Origin: an uncultured virus (IMG/VR IMGVR_UViG_3300032050_009172)
Lineage: Duplodnaviria; Heunggongvirae; Uroviricota; Caudoviricetes
Direction: 5' to 3' (one strand)
Virus record (IMG/VR): IMGVR_UViG_3300032050_009172
Length of the DNA stretch: 64,000 bases
Below are positions 48,975 through 58,767 of this stretch, one piece after another. The notes under the pieces are model-generated. The model saw nothing but the letters and a program-made list of their open reading frames with translations, was not told the DNA's origin and did not search any database. The translations under genes were made by a program, and so were the position numbers. How positions within the stretch are numbered: the stretch's first letter is position 1; each line of letters opens with the position of its first letter.

Positions 48975-49835
48975 ATGGCAGAGCCACAACAAGTTCAAAT
49001 TCAAGTCGACCTTGAATATCTAAAAACCACTCGTGTTCACATCTGTATGCCCTGTTATGGGGGCCAGCTGACAGAAGCAACATTCATGAGTTTTATCAAA
49101 TGGGGCAATACCTGCCGACAACTAGGCATTGATTGGACTGTAGAAACCATGACTAATGAAAGTTTGATTAGTCGTGCTAGAAACACTCTGACTGCAAAGT
49201 TTTTGAATACAGAAGGTTCAACACACTTGATGTTTATTGACGCGGACATTGGCTGGGAACCCTGGCATTTGTTGGTGTTGCTAAATCGCCAAGTGGATGT
49301 GATTGGTGGATTGTATCCCATGAAATCACTGCCAGTTAAATGGTGTGTGAATGGCATTCCAGGTCAAGAAGAAGGCGTGGACAACTTGGTAGAAGTTACC
49401 AAGACTGGCACAGGATTCTTGTTGATCAAGAAAGATGTGTTTGACAAACTGAATGCACACCCTGCTGTGCGTCATTTCAACAATGACATTGGTCTAGATC
49501 CTGCGCTGGACAAGTACATGAAAACCTACTTTGACACTGCTGTGCGTGAAAACCGCTACTATTCAGAAGACTGGACATTCTGCGAAAACTGGCGTGATCT
49601 AGGCGGCAAAGTGTATATCGACAAACGTGTGTTGTTGAAACACGTGGGCACCTATGTGTTTGATGCGCAAACACAGGACAAGTTGTACCAAGACTTGCAT
49701 GCTATTGCTGCTCCTAAGATTGCCAATGCACATGATGCAGCCAAGCAACCAGTTGATATAACTGAGCCTGAAATCATGGCATCCAGCACCCCTGTGGATG
49801 TTGTGCCCGTGGAAGAACCAGCTACAGCCAAGTAA
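48975..49835 (+). CDS. GT-A-fold glycosyltransferase-like protein
   Basis: ESLISRARN, HLMFIDADI.W, GTGF.LI, SEDW.FC, HVG. Confidence 0.8.
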   Translation: MAEPQQVQIQVDLEYLKTTRVHICMPCYGGQLTEATFMSFIKWGNTCRQLGIDWTVETMTNESLISRARNTLTAKFLNTEGSTHLMFIDADIGWEPWHLLVLLNRQVDVIGGLYPMKSLPVKWCVNGIPGQEEGVDNLVEVTKTGTGFLLIKKDVFDKLNAHPAVRHFNNDIGLDPALDKYMKTYFDTAVRENRYYSEDWTFCENWRDLGGKVYIDKRVLLKHVGTYVFDAQTQDKLYQDLHAIAAPKIANAHDAAKQPVDITEPEIMASSTPVDVVPVEEPATAK

Positions 49836-49852
49836 CGGTAAATACAGTTCGT

Positions 49853-52800
49853 ATGAACATCAACGAACTGGATTCCTTCAAGCTGAGTGATGCTGTAAAG
49901 TTTCACAATCGTCTCAACCCTAAAATCTGGGGCAGGGACGAGCAATTGTTACCCGAAGTACGCGAAAAGCTGTTGGCCATTGCTGACAATTTTCGCGAAT
50001 TTCTTGGCGTAGGTGACCTTGACGTCCGTGACATAACCATCTCAGGCAGTAATGCTGCCTACAGCTATACCCCATATTCCGACATTGATCTACACCTTGT
50101 GGTGGAGTTTCCTGCTGACGACGAAGTTTATCAGGAACTGTTCAATGCCAAAAAATACCAATATAACGATGAACACAAGTTGAGCATCGGCGGCGTGCCT
50201 GTGGAACTGTATGTGCAAAATGCAGCCGAGTCTCCTGTGAGTCAAGGTGAGTATTCTATCCCACGTGACGAATGGATTCAAGTGCCACGCAGAAAACGTG
50301 CCAGAATTGACGACACCTGTGTGCGAGCCAAGGTCGAAGATTTGGATGCTAGAATACATTCAGCAATTGAATCTGGCAACGCTGAATCCATGAGCAGACT
50401 GTGGGACAAGATCAAGGCCATGCGCCAAAGTGGCTTGGATGCTCACGGCGAGTTTGGGTGTGAAAACATTGTGTTCAAAATCCTGCGTAACAAAGGTTGC
50501 ATCAAGGATTTGCGCACAGCTAGAACAGCCGCACAAGATCACGAGCTGAGTCTACAAGAACGCCGAAAAAAGAAATCCCGAGTGCGTTATGGATTTGGCA
50601 GCTATTGGTCTCCTGGATTTGGCTACGGAGGAGAATCAGGCGAAGGTGGTGACGGTGGTGGTGGCGAAAGCATGCGCGAAGGCCATCAAGGACAACCCTA
50701 CAGTTCAGAAGATGGTGTTGCTGCCAGCACACAAATGTTCTTGAATGAAGATGACACTGAGAGCATGGTGCAACAGTTTATTCAAGACACTGCTGAACGC
50801 TTGGGCATTGAACGCATGCCTGAAATTGTACTACATGACAATGACGGATGGAGTGAACAAAATCGTTCATTTGGCATGTACCAACCAGAGCTGCATGTTT
50901 TGCATGTGAATCTGCGCGATCGACATGTGATGGATATTCTTCGCACTGTGGCACACGAACTGGCACACTGCCGCCAACAGGAATTAGAACAATTGGATCA
51001 CACATCTGGCAACACAGGCTCTCCTGTGGAGAACGAAGCAAACGCTGTGGCTGGCATTATCATGCGAGACTTTGCTGATGCACACCCAGAACTGTTTGAC
51101 CATGAAGACATTCGTGAGTCATCTGGATACATTCCCACCTGGGCCGAACGCAACGATCCTCGATTTGAAATGGCACTGAGTGTGGATGTGCATCCAGGAC
51201 AAACTGGCACAGAAGCCAACAAGATGCGACTGGCCACTGATTCGCAAGGCCATCCACAACTGTTGCGAGCAGATGGCAAGGTAAAGTTAGCAGAAAGTCT
51301 AGCACAAGAATTTGAACTGTTTGAAGAACAAGACCTGTTTGAAATAAACATGGGCAGCAAAAATTTGCGCAGGGAAGCTGCCAAAACAGGTGCCATTGCT
51401 GGCATGGAATTTGAAATGATTGTGCCTGGTATGGAATCCGAAGATCCTGAAATGGAACCAGACTATGATCAGGATGAACGCTGTGTTAGCATTGATGATG
51501 CTGTGCGATTCTTTCATGATGGCGACTACAACGGCCGTAGAGATGTTGAACGCCTGCGTGAAAGAATGCAGGACGATTTCCAGGAATGGCTGGATGAAAA
51601 ACTTCGCGATGACTGGGGCGGTGAAAGCCAAGATTACATTCGTGACTGGCTTCGGAATAATGTAAATGAAGATGAATGGAATCCTAACGAGTTAACTGGT
51701 GATGAACGAAACGAAGCATTTGATGAATTTGCAGCCAATGTAGACGCTGATCCTTCGAGTACTTACTACAATGAAGCCTTTGATGAATGGCGGGAAGAAT
51801 TCCAAGAAAATTATGACGAAAGCGACTGGTTAGACGCCACAGACCTTGACAGAATGAGTGAGGTTGAGCAAATGTATGGAATGAATTGGCCCTACTGGAC
51901 TAGCATGAACAGCGGCGAGATTGACGCAGATCAAGTGGCTGACGAATTCAGTCAGGCTGTGGGTCGTGAAGTGCGAGTGAACACAAGATATCATCAGTCC
52001 GGCGACAGACCTGGACCCAACAATCAATTCTATGTAGTAGAACCAGACGCCAGTTTGGAAGGCGACAATGACGGCGACGAAGGCTTGGAGTTTGTGAGCC
52101 CGCCCATGCCCATAGATGAACTGCTGAAAGATTTAAATGCCGTGAAGGCCTGGGCTGGACGCATGGGCGTTTATACCAACAGTTCGACTGGCCTGCACAT
52201 CAACATATCAGTGCCTGACTACAGTTTAGATCGTTTGGACTATGTAAAACTGGCCTTGCTGTTGGGCGACGAGTATGTGCTCAAACAATTTGGTCGCAGT
52301 TCCAATACCTACACCAAATCAGCACTAGGCAAGGTGCGTGATCGTGTGCGGTCCAACCCCGAAGACGCACAGCGTTTGCTGGACAAGATGAAAGGTCAAA
52401 TGGGTGAACTGGCTTCCAAGGCCATCCATTCAGGCAGCACAGACAAGTACACATCAATCAACACCAAGAGCGGACACATTGAATTCCGTTCGCCGGGTGG
52501 TGACTGGCTGGATGACAACTTTGACAAGATTGAAAACACTCTGTTGCGTTTCACAGTGGCCATGAGTGCAGCACTTAACCCTGAAGCCTATCGAGAAGAG
52601 TATCAAAAGAAACTATACAAACTGTTGACTCAGGATCAAAAAGGGTCAGACACAATCCGATACTTTGCTGACTATGTGGCTGGCAAGATTCCCAAGGCTG
52701 CCTTGCGTAGTTTTGTCAAGCAAGCACAACTACAACGCAAGACGGAGCGTAATAAAACAAGCGGTGAAAAGATGTGGTGGAACGTTTCCAATCCTGGCAA

Positions 52801-54022
52801 TAGTTATGCCAGTGTAGAAGTTGTTGCCACCTCTCGAGAAGAAGCCATTGAAAAAGCCTTGGGGGATGATGGCTATCCGTCTTGGGCCAACACACGACAA
52901 TCTATTGTGGCTGAACCTGTGCGTCCGTATAATTTGGATGCACAATCTACACAAGACGACGACACAGCTAGTGCCTTTACTGCACCGCCAGGTTCTCAAG
53001 GTGGTGGCCGCCCCAATGACCCCAACGGTCGCTATGCCATTGTGCTACGCTCGGATCCAGGCCTGTATGGCAGTTTTACTGGCCCAGCACCTGACTATCA
53101 GTTTAGATTTAACATGGGCAATCCAGCGGAACAGGCACAAGGCAGATATGTTCTCCAAGCCTGGGCTGCTAGAAACAATGTGGTTGCTGCTGACTACATG
53201 GTGGTGGATACTGAACAATGGGATCGGCCTGCAGATGCAGCATCGGGTGGTATCATTGACATTGAACCAGATATAGAGGTGGTCTACCCTGGAAGCACAG
53301 CAGCCTTGGCACAACAGCGAGCCACGCCAGGCACATTCTCTGGTGCATGGAAGGTGTTGGTCAATGGTGAAGAAGTTCATAGATTTTCAGGCGTGGGCAA
53401 CAATCAAGGCGATGCTAACCGTGTAGCGGCTCAATGGTTGCGAAACAATGGTCGGGGAGTGTCAGGCGAAGGCTTTGAAGTTGTGCCAATCATGACAGAA
53501 GGTGTAGCCGAAGGCAAGGATCGCTACGGAAACTTTGATCCTCCTGGTCCTGAAAGCCGACCCACAATGCCAGCGGGCACTGTGCGAGTGGATGTGTCAG
53601 ACATGTATGACTGGTACAAGTTGGGCAAGAACATTGCTAACTTAGACAGAGATAACACTGACGATTTTGGCAAAGGACCACCCAGTACTATTGTGAGTTT
53701 TGGCGACGAAGATCTTGAACATGAATACATCAAGCAGTTGGAAAAACTAGGGTTAACCACCACTGACATTGATCCTGTAGATCCCAATCAACCTGCTGGC
53801 ATCAAGCGTCAAAAAACTGATCCCACATACAACGTAGGTGAAAACTTTGCTGACGGTCGGAATCCCCAAGACAAAGGCGATTCAAAGCGACACGGCGTGC
53901 CCACCAAAGCATCAGTAAGCACCCTGCGTAAAGTGGCCAAACAAGGCGGTCGCAAAGGACAATTGGCACACTGGATGGCCAACATGAAGGCTGGACGGGC
54001 TCGAGCCAAACGCAATAAATAA
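49853..54022 (+). CDS. 1389-aa multidomain protein: Pol-beta-type nucleotidyltransferase + HExxH zincin + putative amidoligase + small modules
   Basis: GSN..Y..YSDIDLH; TVAHELAH..ENEAN; GMEFE, EPD.SL, LEFVSPP, STGLHINIS, KY.SIN, IEFRSPG. Confidence 0.8.
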   Translation: MNINELDSFKLSDAVKFHNRLNPKIWGRDEQLLPEVREKLLAIADNFREFLGVGDLDVRDITISGSNAAYSYTPYSDIDLHLVVEFPADDEVYQELFNAKKYQYNDEHKLSIGGVPVELYVQNAAESPVSQGEYSIPRDEWIQVPRRKRARIDDTCVRAKVEDLDARIHSAIESGNAESMSRLWDKIKAMRQSGLDAHGEFGCENIVFKILRNKGCIKDLRTARTAAQDHELSLQERRKKKSRVRYGFGSYWSPGFGYGGESGEGGDGGGGESMREGHQGQPYSSEDGVAASTQMFLNEDDTESMVQQFIQDTAERLGIERMPEIVLHDNDGWSEQNRSFGMYQPELHVLHVNLRDRHVMDILRTVAHELAHCRQQELEQLDHTSGNTGSPVENEANAVAGIIMRDFADAHPELFDHEDIRESSGYIPTWAERNDPRFEMALSVDVHPGQTGTEANKMRLATDSQGHPQLLRADGKVKLAESLAQEFELFEEQDLFEINMGSKNLRREAAKTGAIAGMEFEMIVPGMESEDPEMEPDYDQDERCVSIDDAVRFFHDGDYNGRRDVERLRERMQDDFQEWLDEKLRDDWGGESQDYIRDWLRNNVNEDEWNPNELTGDERNEAFDEFAANVDADPSSTYYNEAFDEWREEFQENYDESDWLDATDLDRMSEVEQMYGMNWPYWTSMNSGEIDADQVADEFSQAVGREVRVNTRYHQSGDRPGPNNQFYVVEPDASLEGDNDGDEGLEFVSPPMPIDELLKDLNAVKAWAGRMGVYTNSSTGLHINISVPDYSLDRLDYVKLALLLGDEYVLKQFGRSSNTYTKSALGKVRDRVRSNPEDAQRLLDKMKGQMGELASKAIHSGSTDKYTSINTKSGHIEFRSPGGDWLDDNFDKIENTLLRFTVAMSAALNPEAYREEYQKKLYKLLTQDQKGSDTIRYFADYVAGKIPKAALRSFVKQAQLQRKTERNKTSGEKMWWNVSNPGNSYASVEVVATSREEAIEKALGDDGYPSWANTRQSIVAEPVRPYNLDAQSTQDDDTASAFTAPPGSQGGGRPNDPNGRYAIVLRSDPGLYGSFTGPAPDYQFRFNMGNPAEQAQGRYVLQAWAARNNVVAADYMVVDTEQWDRPADAASGGIIDIEPDIEVVYPGSTAALAQQRATPGTFSGAWKVLVNGEEVHRFSGVGNNQGDANRVAAQWLRNNGRGVSGEGFEVVPIMTEGVAEGKDRYGNFDPPGPESRPTMPAGTVRVDVSDMYDWYKLGKNIANLDRDNTDDFGKGPPSTIVSFGDEDLEHEYIKQLEKLGLTTTDIDPVDPNQPAGIKRQKTDPTYNVGENFADGRNPQDKGDSKRHGVPTKASVSTLRKVAKQGGRKGQLAHWMANMKAGRARAKRNK

Positions 54023-54028
54023 CCCATC

Positions 54029-54382
54029 ATGAGATATAAAGAAATTCTTGAAGCCTGCTGGACTGGTTATCGCCAAGCAGGCATGAAAAACAAAGGTGGT
54101 CGTCAGGTGCCCAATTGTGTGCCTGTGAGCGAAACCGAGTTGGAAGAAAATCTCCGTGATTGGTTCAAAGACAAGTGGGTACGCTTTGGGCCCGACGGCA
54201 AGATCCGTGGTGATTGTGCTAGAGGCAGTTCAAAAGAAGGCAAGCCCAAGTGTTTGCCGCAAGCCAAAGCACATGCCCTGGGCAAAAAAGGTCGTGCGTC
54301 AGCAGCCGCAAGAAAACGCAGACAAGATCCCAACCCCAACCGCACAGGAAAGGCCATCAACGTGGCCACTAAAAAGAAATGA
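54029..54382 (+). CDS. two-module basic protein, putative internal head protein
   Basis: MRYKEILE; CW.GY...G.K.KGGR.VPNCVP; LEE; LR.WF..KWV...KPKCLP. Confidence 0.75.
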   Translation: MRYKEILEACWTGYRQAGMKNKGGRQVPNCVPVSETELEENLRDWFKDKWVRFGPDGKIRGDCARGSSKEGKPKCLPQAKAHALGKKGRASAAARKRRQDPNPNRTGKAINVATKKK

Positions 54383-56214
54383 TTATAGACGACTTATTTG
54401 AAGCCTCACAGTCATGCCCACACTGTGGTGGTCCCATGTTCAGTGAAATGCTGATGATGGAAAAGAAAGACGCCTGCTACTACAAAGTAAAAGCGTCAGC
54501 AAAAGTATGGCCATCAGCCTATGCATCTGGACGCTTGGTTCAGTGTCGCAAAAAAGGCGCTGGCAATTATGGCAACAAGTCTGAAGGTGTGATGGAAATG
54601 GACAAATCACAAACACCTCCAGGGCGTGATGGTAGTAACGATGAAGGCGGCAAAAAAGAATACACTGCTAAAGCAACCACTGCTAAAAAAGTAGCCAAGG
54701 ATGCTGAAAAGATTCTAAACAAAGAGTTAAACAAGAAGCAAGGTGTGGCGGAAGCAACTGGCGATCAAAAGTTTGACTCAATGATGGGTCAGATCACAGG
54801 TGGTGCTACTGCTAGGCAAAGTGTAGATAGTTTGAATAAGTCTCTCACTGCAAGAACAGGCAGCGACCCAGAAACAGCATTGGCCAAATGGGGCCAGGAA
54901 TTTATAAATTGGCTTGAAAAAATTTGCCGCAACTTTGAAAGGCAAGGTGTAGATAGGTTTAATAAATTAGAAAAAGTAGGTAATCTTGACGACGGTGGCG
55001 AAACTATGGCGCACTGGTTGATTGAGGTCGCCAAACAATCCAATACCTCAGGCATTACACAGGCTGACATACAGGAATTTTCTAGCGAGTTTAATACCCA
55101 CGGAATGTGGGCTTGGCATCAGTTTCCTATAGCTTGGGGTCTAAAAGAATGGCAAGACTATAAAGATCAATGGACTGGCCCTGATGGTTACATAGCCAAT
55201 CTAGGACAAGGCATGGCGGAAGGCTCGGAGTCAGATGCTTACGGTAACACTGGTGAAAAGCATGAATGTGGTTCTTGCGATGGCACTGGAATAGATACAC
55301 ACGATGATGAGTGCCCAGAATGCGGTGGCAAAGGCTGGGTGAGAAATAAGGAAGCATTGAAGAAGAAAGGCATGGCGGAAGAGTATGAACTAGCAGGTGT
55401 TGGCGTAGCATACGAACTGGGTCGTCGAGCATACAAACAAGGTATGACCATCAGAGACAATCCATATAGTGCCACAAGAGAAGCCCGTAAAAATGACGAA
55501 TGGGCCAAAGGATTAGAACGCGGCAAACACGATGCAAATGATGCCAGACATTTCCGCAGTAGTGTAAGAGAACAAGGTGTAGCGGAAGGTGATCTTGACG
55601 AAGGCTGGAAAGAAAAATTAGGTGGCGCGGCATTGGCAGGTGCAATGGCACTGGGCGCAGGTGGTGCCAATGCTAGAGTTACTCCTGATGGCCAAGGCGG
55701 TTTCACTGGCGGATTCAAGCCAAGTGCAACAATGACATCACCTGCTGATAATAAACCGGCTGCAGAAGCACCAAAAGGCTTTAGCAAAGAATATTTACAA
55801 AGTGTAATAGACGGCAAGCACCCAAGACCAATGGTTAGTGTTGAAAAAGCAAAAGAACTATTAAAGAACATGCAAGAAGGTGACTTGAATGAAAAGTCAA
55901 CCAGCCAAGCACAATTCCGCACCATGGCAGCAGCCGCACACAATCCTGAATTTGCAAAAAAAGTTGGCATCAGCCAAGACGTTGCTCAAGAGTTCCACGG
56001 TGCTGATCGCAAGCAGGACTATGCAGACTTGCCTAAAAAGGCTGACGAAAGCAAATCAACTCCCAAAGAAAAAGAAGCCGACTACGGTGATGATTATCAA
56101 GACATGATTGCTAGAGTAAAGAAACTGGCTGGCTTGGGCCCACTTAAAACTGTGTATGATCCCCAAAAGCGTGTGTATCGCAACATGCCCACAGCGGTGC
56201 AACCTAAAAAATGA
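54379..56214 (+). CDS. modular putative internal head polyprotein
   Basis: MIIDDLFE; four (Q/K)G(V/M)AE linkers; Zn-finger and RMF-like modules. Confidence 0.75.
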   Translation: MIIDDLFEASQSCPHCGGPMFSEMLMMEKKDACYYKVKASAKVWPSAYASGRLVQCRKKGAGNYGNKSEGVMEMDKSQTPPGRDGSNDEGGKKEYTAKATTAKKVAKDAEKILNKELNKKQGVAEATGDQKFDSMMGQITGGATARQSVDSLNKSLTARTGSDPETALAKWGQEFINWLEKICRNFERQGVDRFNKLEKVGNLDDGGETMAHWLIEVAKQSNTSGITQADIQEFSSEFNTHGMWAWHQFPIAWGLKEWQDYKDQWTGPDGYIANLGQGMAEGSESDAYGNTGEKHECGSCDGTGIDTHDDECPECGGKGWVRNKEALKKKGMAEEYELAGVGVAYELGRRAYKQGMTIRDNPYSATREARKNDEWAKGLERGKHDANDARHFRSSVREQGVAEGDLDEGWKEKLGGAALAGAMALGAGGANARVTPDGQGGFTGGFKPSATMTSPADNKPAAEAPKGFSKEYLQSVIDGKHPRPMVSVEKAKELLKNMQEGDLNEKSTSQAQFRTMAAAAHNPEFAKKVGISQDVAQEFHGADRKQDYADLPKKADESKSTPKEKEADYGDDYQDMIARVKKLAGLGPLKTVYDPQKRVYRNMPTAVQPKK

Positions 56215-56567
56215 GAGCATACGAGTTTGCACAGTTGAAAGAAGGCGCTGTAGAAGATTTGGAAAAAGATCTAGATGATCCCAAGAGCTACAGCGCAATT
56301 GATCACATGATGCAAACCATTGCTCGTGACTACGGCATTACTGGCAAACAACTGCACGACGAGTTTGTGAAAAAACACGGCACAATTCCAGACAAGTGGA
56401 CCCGCGAGCAACTGCGTGAATTAAGTTTTCTAGGTTCACAATGCACCAAAGACTGTTCTGGTCACAGAGCAGGATATGCCTGGAGTCAAAAGCGCGGTGG
56501 CCGACAACCTGCAAGTTGGAGCGACAGTTTCAATCGCGGTGCCGCACTGTTTGCAGCAGGAAAATAA
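56211..56567 (+). CDS. two-module protein, putative internal head protein
   Basis: MRAYEF..LKE; LRE; CTKDCSGH.AGY.W. Confidence 0.7.
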   Translation: MRAYEFAQLKEGAVEDLEKDLDDPKSYSAIDHMMQTIARDYGITGKQLHDEFVKKHGTIPDKWTREQLRELSFLGSQCTKDCSGHRAGYAWSQKRGGRQPASWSDSFNRGAALFAAGK

Positions 56568-56600
56568 TTAGGCCACCCCAAAACCCAAATACATAACTGC

Positions 56601-57446
56601 ATGATTGATATCTGCACAGTAGTATTTGAACAGGAACTGCCGATCCTTAAAATTCAGGCACAAAGCATAAACAATTATTGTCGCAACATAGGCATAAGAA
56701 ATATCTATGTGGTGCTCAATGATTACGAAACCCTAGCGGAAAAAATTGATCCAGCATGGTGGGGTGATCTAGCAAGCTCTGTCTTGGTAGTGCCGCGCAC
56801 AGCATTCAGCAGTGCTTGGATAGCAAACGGCTGGGTAAGCCAGCAGATTCTAAAACTTCTCACCGCGTCTATAAGTTACAATGTCTACACCATGGTATTA
56901 GACGCCAAGACTATATTTGTTAGACCCTTGGAAATATCCAAATTGGTTAACGAACAAGGTCAGCTTACTGTGGGACAATTGGATATATTTGATGTTTTTA
57001 AACCCAGTAAGAACATTGTGGATCAGCTGTTTGACATCAACATGACCAAACAAGCTGGCCCTGGCGGTGTGCCATTTTTCTTCCACAATGACACTGTACG
57101 CTTTATGATTGCTGATACCACAATCAAAACACATGAAAGTTTTCCCACATGGTTTCAGCGCCAAGGCATGCTGACAGAATTCATGTTGTACTCAGGATTT
57201 TGTCAATACAAGTATGGACATTTGGATCATTTTTATACCAAACAAAACACACTTGGCGGTGTGGTAAATGTTTGTCATAGCGAAGTTGACCAGTTTGATA
57301 AGAAACTTGAACTCATGCGTGATAAAAATGCTCTCACAGTGAGTATTCATCGAAATGCTTGGTCAAAAATGTTACCAGAACAAAAAACTGCATTTAAGAT
57401 GTTGTTGATTGATCGCGGCCATTTTGCTGCTTGGGAACTTGAATGA
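56601..57446 (+). CDS. DUF6492-like putative glycosyltransferase
   Basis: GWVSQQILKL, VLDAK, TEF.LY. Confidence 0.6.
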   Translation: MIDICTVVFEQELPILKIQAQSINNYCRNIGIRNIYVVLNDYETLAEKIDPAWWGDLASSVLVVPRTAFSSAWIANGWVSQQILKLLTASISYNVYTMVLDAKTIFVRPLEISKLVNEQGQLTVGQLDIFDVFKPSKNIVDQLFDINMTKQAGPGGVPFFFHNDTVRFMIADTTIKTHESFPTWFQRQGMLTEFMLYSGFCQYKYGHLDHFYTKQNTLGGVVNVCHSEVDQFDKKLELMRDKNALTVSIHRNAWSKMLPEQKTAFKMLLIDRGHFAAWELE

Positions 57447-57955
57447 ACGCATTGTGTATGGTAGCGCATCCAGATGACTGTGTGATATTTGGTTACAGTT
57501 ATATTCATGCGCACCCTGAGCACAAATGGACCATTGGCTATTTAACGTACACTGAGCATGATCCCCGAGGCCAAGAACTTTTGGCGTTTTGGAAACGTCG
57601 GGGAATCGACTGTGTGTTTTTGGGCTTTGAAGACCACTGGCATGACAACGAGCAAAAAGTATTCACACGCTGGGCTGAAGAATCTGCCGACCGTGCCTGC
57701 TGGCACCTTGCTCGTGATTATGATCTAGTGCTCACCCATGACGAACTAGGAGACTATGGACACATACATCATGTGCTGGTACATCGTGCAGTGCAGTGGC
57801 ATCCTAGACTGGTAACTTTTGCACGGCCTGGTGAAGGAGTTACACATACAATTCCACCTGGCACATACAACTTAGACGAATTGCCCATGCACAAAGAAAT
57901 TATTGCTAGTTTTCACAGCGAAGAACACCGAAACAGTTACAAGGAAACACTATGA
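57443..57955 (+). CDS. PIG-L/LmbE-family deacetylase
   Basis: VAHPDD, LTH...GDYGHIHH. Confidence 0.8.
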   Translation: MNALCMVAHPDDCVIFGYSYIHAHPEHKWTIGYLTYTEHDPRGQELLAFWKRRGIDCVFLGFEDHWHDNEQKVFTRWAEESADRACWHLARDYDLVLTHDELGDYGHIHHVLVHRAVQWHPRLVTFARPGEGVTHTIPPGTYNLDELPMHKEIIASFHSEEHRNSYKETL

Positions 57956-58767
57956 AATTAATGGTAGCAGGCTGCTCGTTTTCGGCAGTGAGTCAAACTT
58001 TGCCAGGCACTGCTTGGAGTGAACGCTTGGCCGAAAAACTAGGTGGCTGGGAGTTGGTTAACCTAGCACGCCAAGGTTGTTCAAACGGCGGCATCCGTAT
58101 ACAAATAGACGAGATACGCAGACAGCGTCCAGACTTTGCTGTGATTGGTCCTACCTTCTGGGATCGTATGGAAATACCTGCAAACTCTGTGCCATATGAT
58201 TGGTCACAGGCACCCAGCGCCGGGGAAAATCCTCCACTAGAACGACACCTACAAAATAGAAAACTGGGCAATGGCTACAACAGACAAGATGGCATACGCA
58301 ATGTAAATTATGGTCGGGAGCCATCAAACATGATCTGCGAAACTATTTTTACTCTTGCAGAAAACTTTGATCATCCGTACAGACAGGGCCGCATTACCAA
58401 ACAAGCGCAGAACGGCATACGTCACTGGATTGATTCAATCTATGACAATGCTTGGAAAAAGCAACAGGACGAGTGGATGATCCGAGAAGGTGTGATTACC
58501 ATGTTCTTGGATGACATCAAGTTTTTAGTGCTACCCAACTTGCTGTGGCCATTCGATCCTGACAATCATACCTTATGGCGTGATGCGTTTCCTAAACTTA
58601 TCCCTGATCACTACATACAATTGGACACAACTAAAAGTCCTCAAGCCATATGTGGCAGTTACCCATTTTCAGGAGACGACCCTGGATATCATTCTGGTCC
58701 CGAAGGACAGGAAAAAATTGCTGAAAACTTCTATCAGCACATTTCAACCCACTTCGTCATCCCATAA
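57952..58767 (+). CDS. SGNH-like hydrolase/acyltransferase
   Basis: AGCSFS, NLA..GCSN, C-terminal D..YH...GQ..IA. Confidence 0.65.
   Translation: MKLMVAGCSFSAVSQTLPGTAWSERLAEKLGGWELVNLARQGCSNGGIRIQIDEIRRQRPDFAVIGPTFWDRMEIPANSVPYDWSQAPSAGENPPLERHLQNRKLGNGYNRQDGIRNVNYGREPSNMICETIFTLAENFDHPYRQGRITKQAQNGIRHWIDSIYDNAWKKQQDEWMIREGVITMFLDDIKFLVLPNLLWPFDPDNHTLWRDAFPKLIPDHYIQLDTTKSPQAICGSYPFSGDDPGYHSGPEGQEKIAENFYQHISTHFVIP

Larger units (their letters stand above)
37139..55590 (+). repeat. dispersed 18-bp repeat CAAGG(TG/CA)T(G/A)GCGGAAG.. encoding QG(V/M)AE
   Basis: copies start at 37139, 37439, 53498 (degenerate), 54739, 55207, 55366 and 55573. Confidence 0.8.

Noticed and set aside
37139..55590. 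Dispersed 18-bp repeat or 90-bp repeats as a CRISPR array
   Set aside because: They are in-frame coding, spacing is irregular or far too long, and no cas genes are present.
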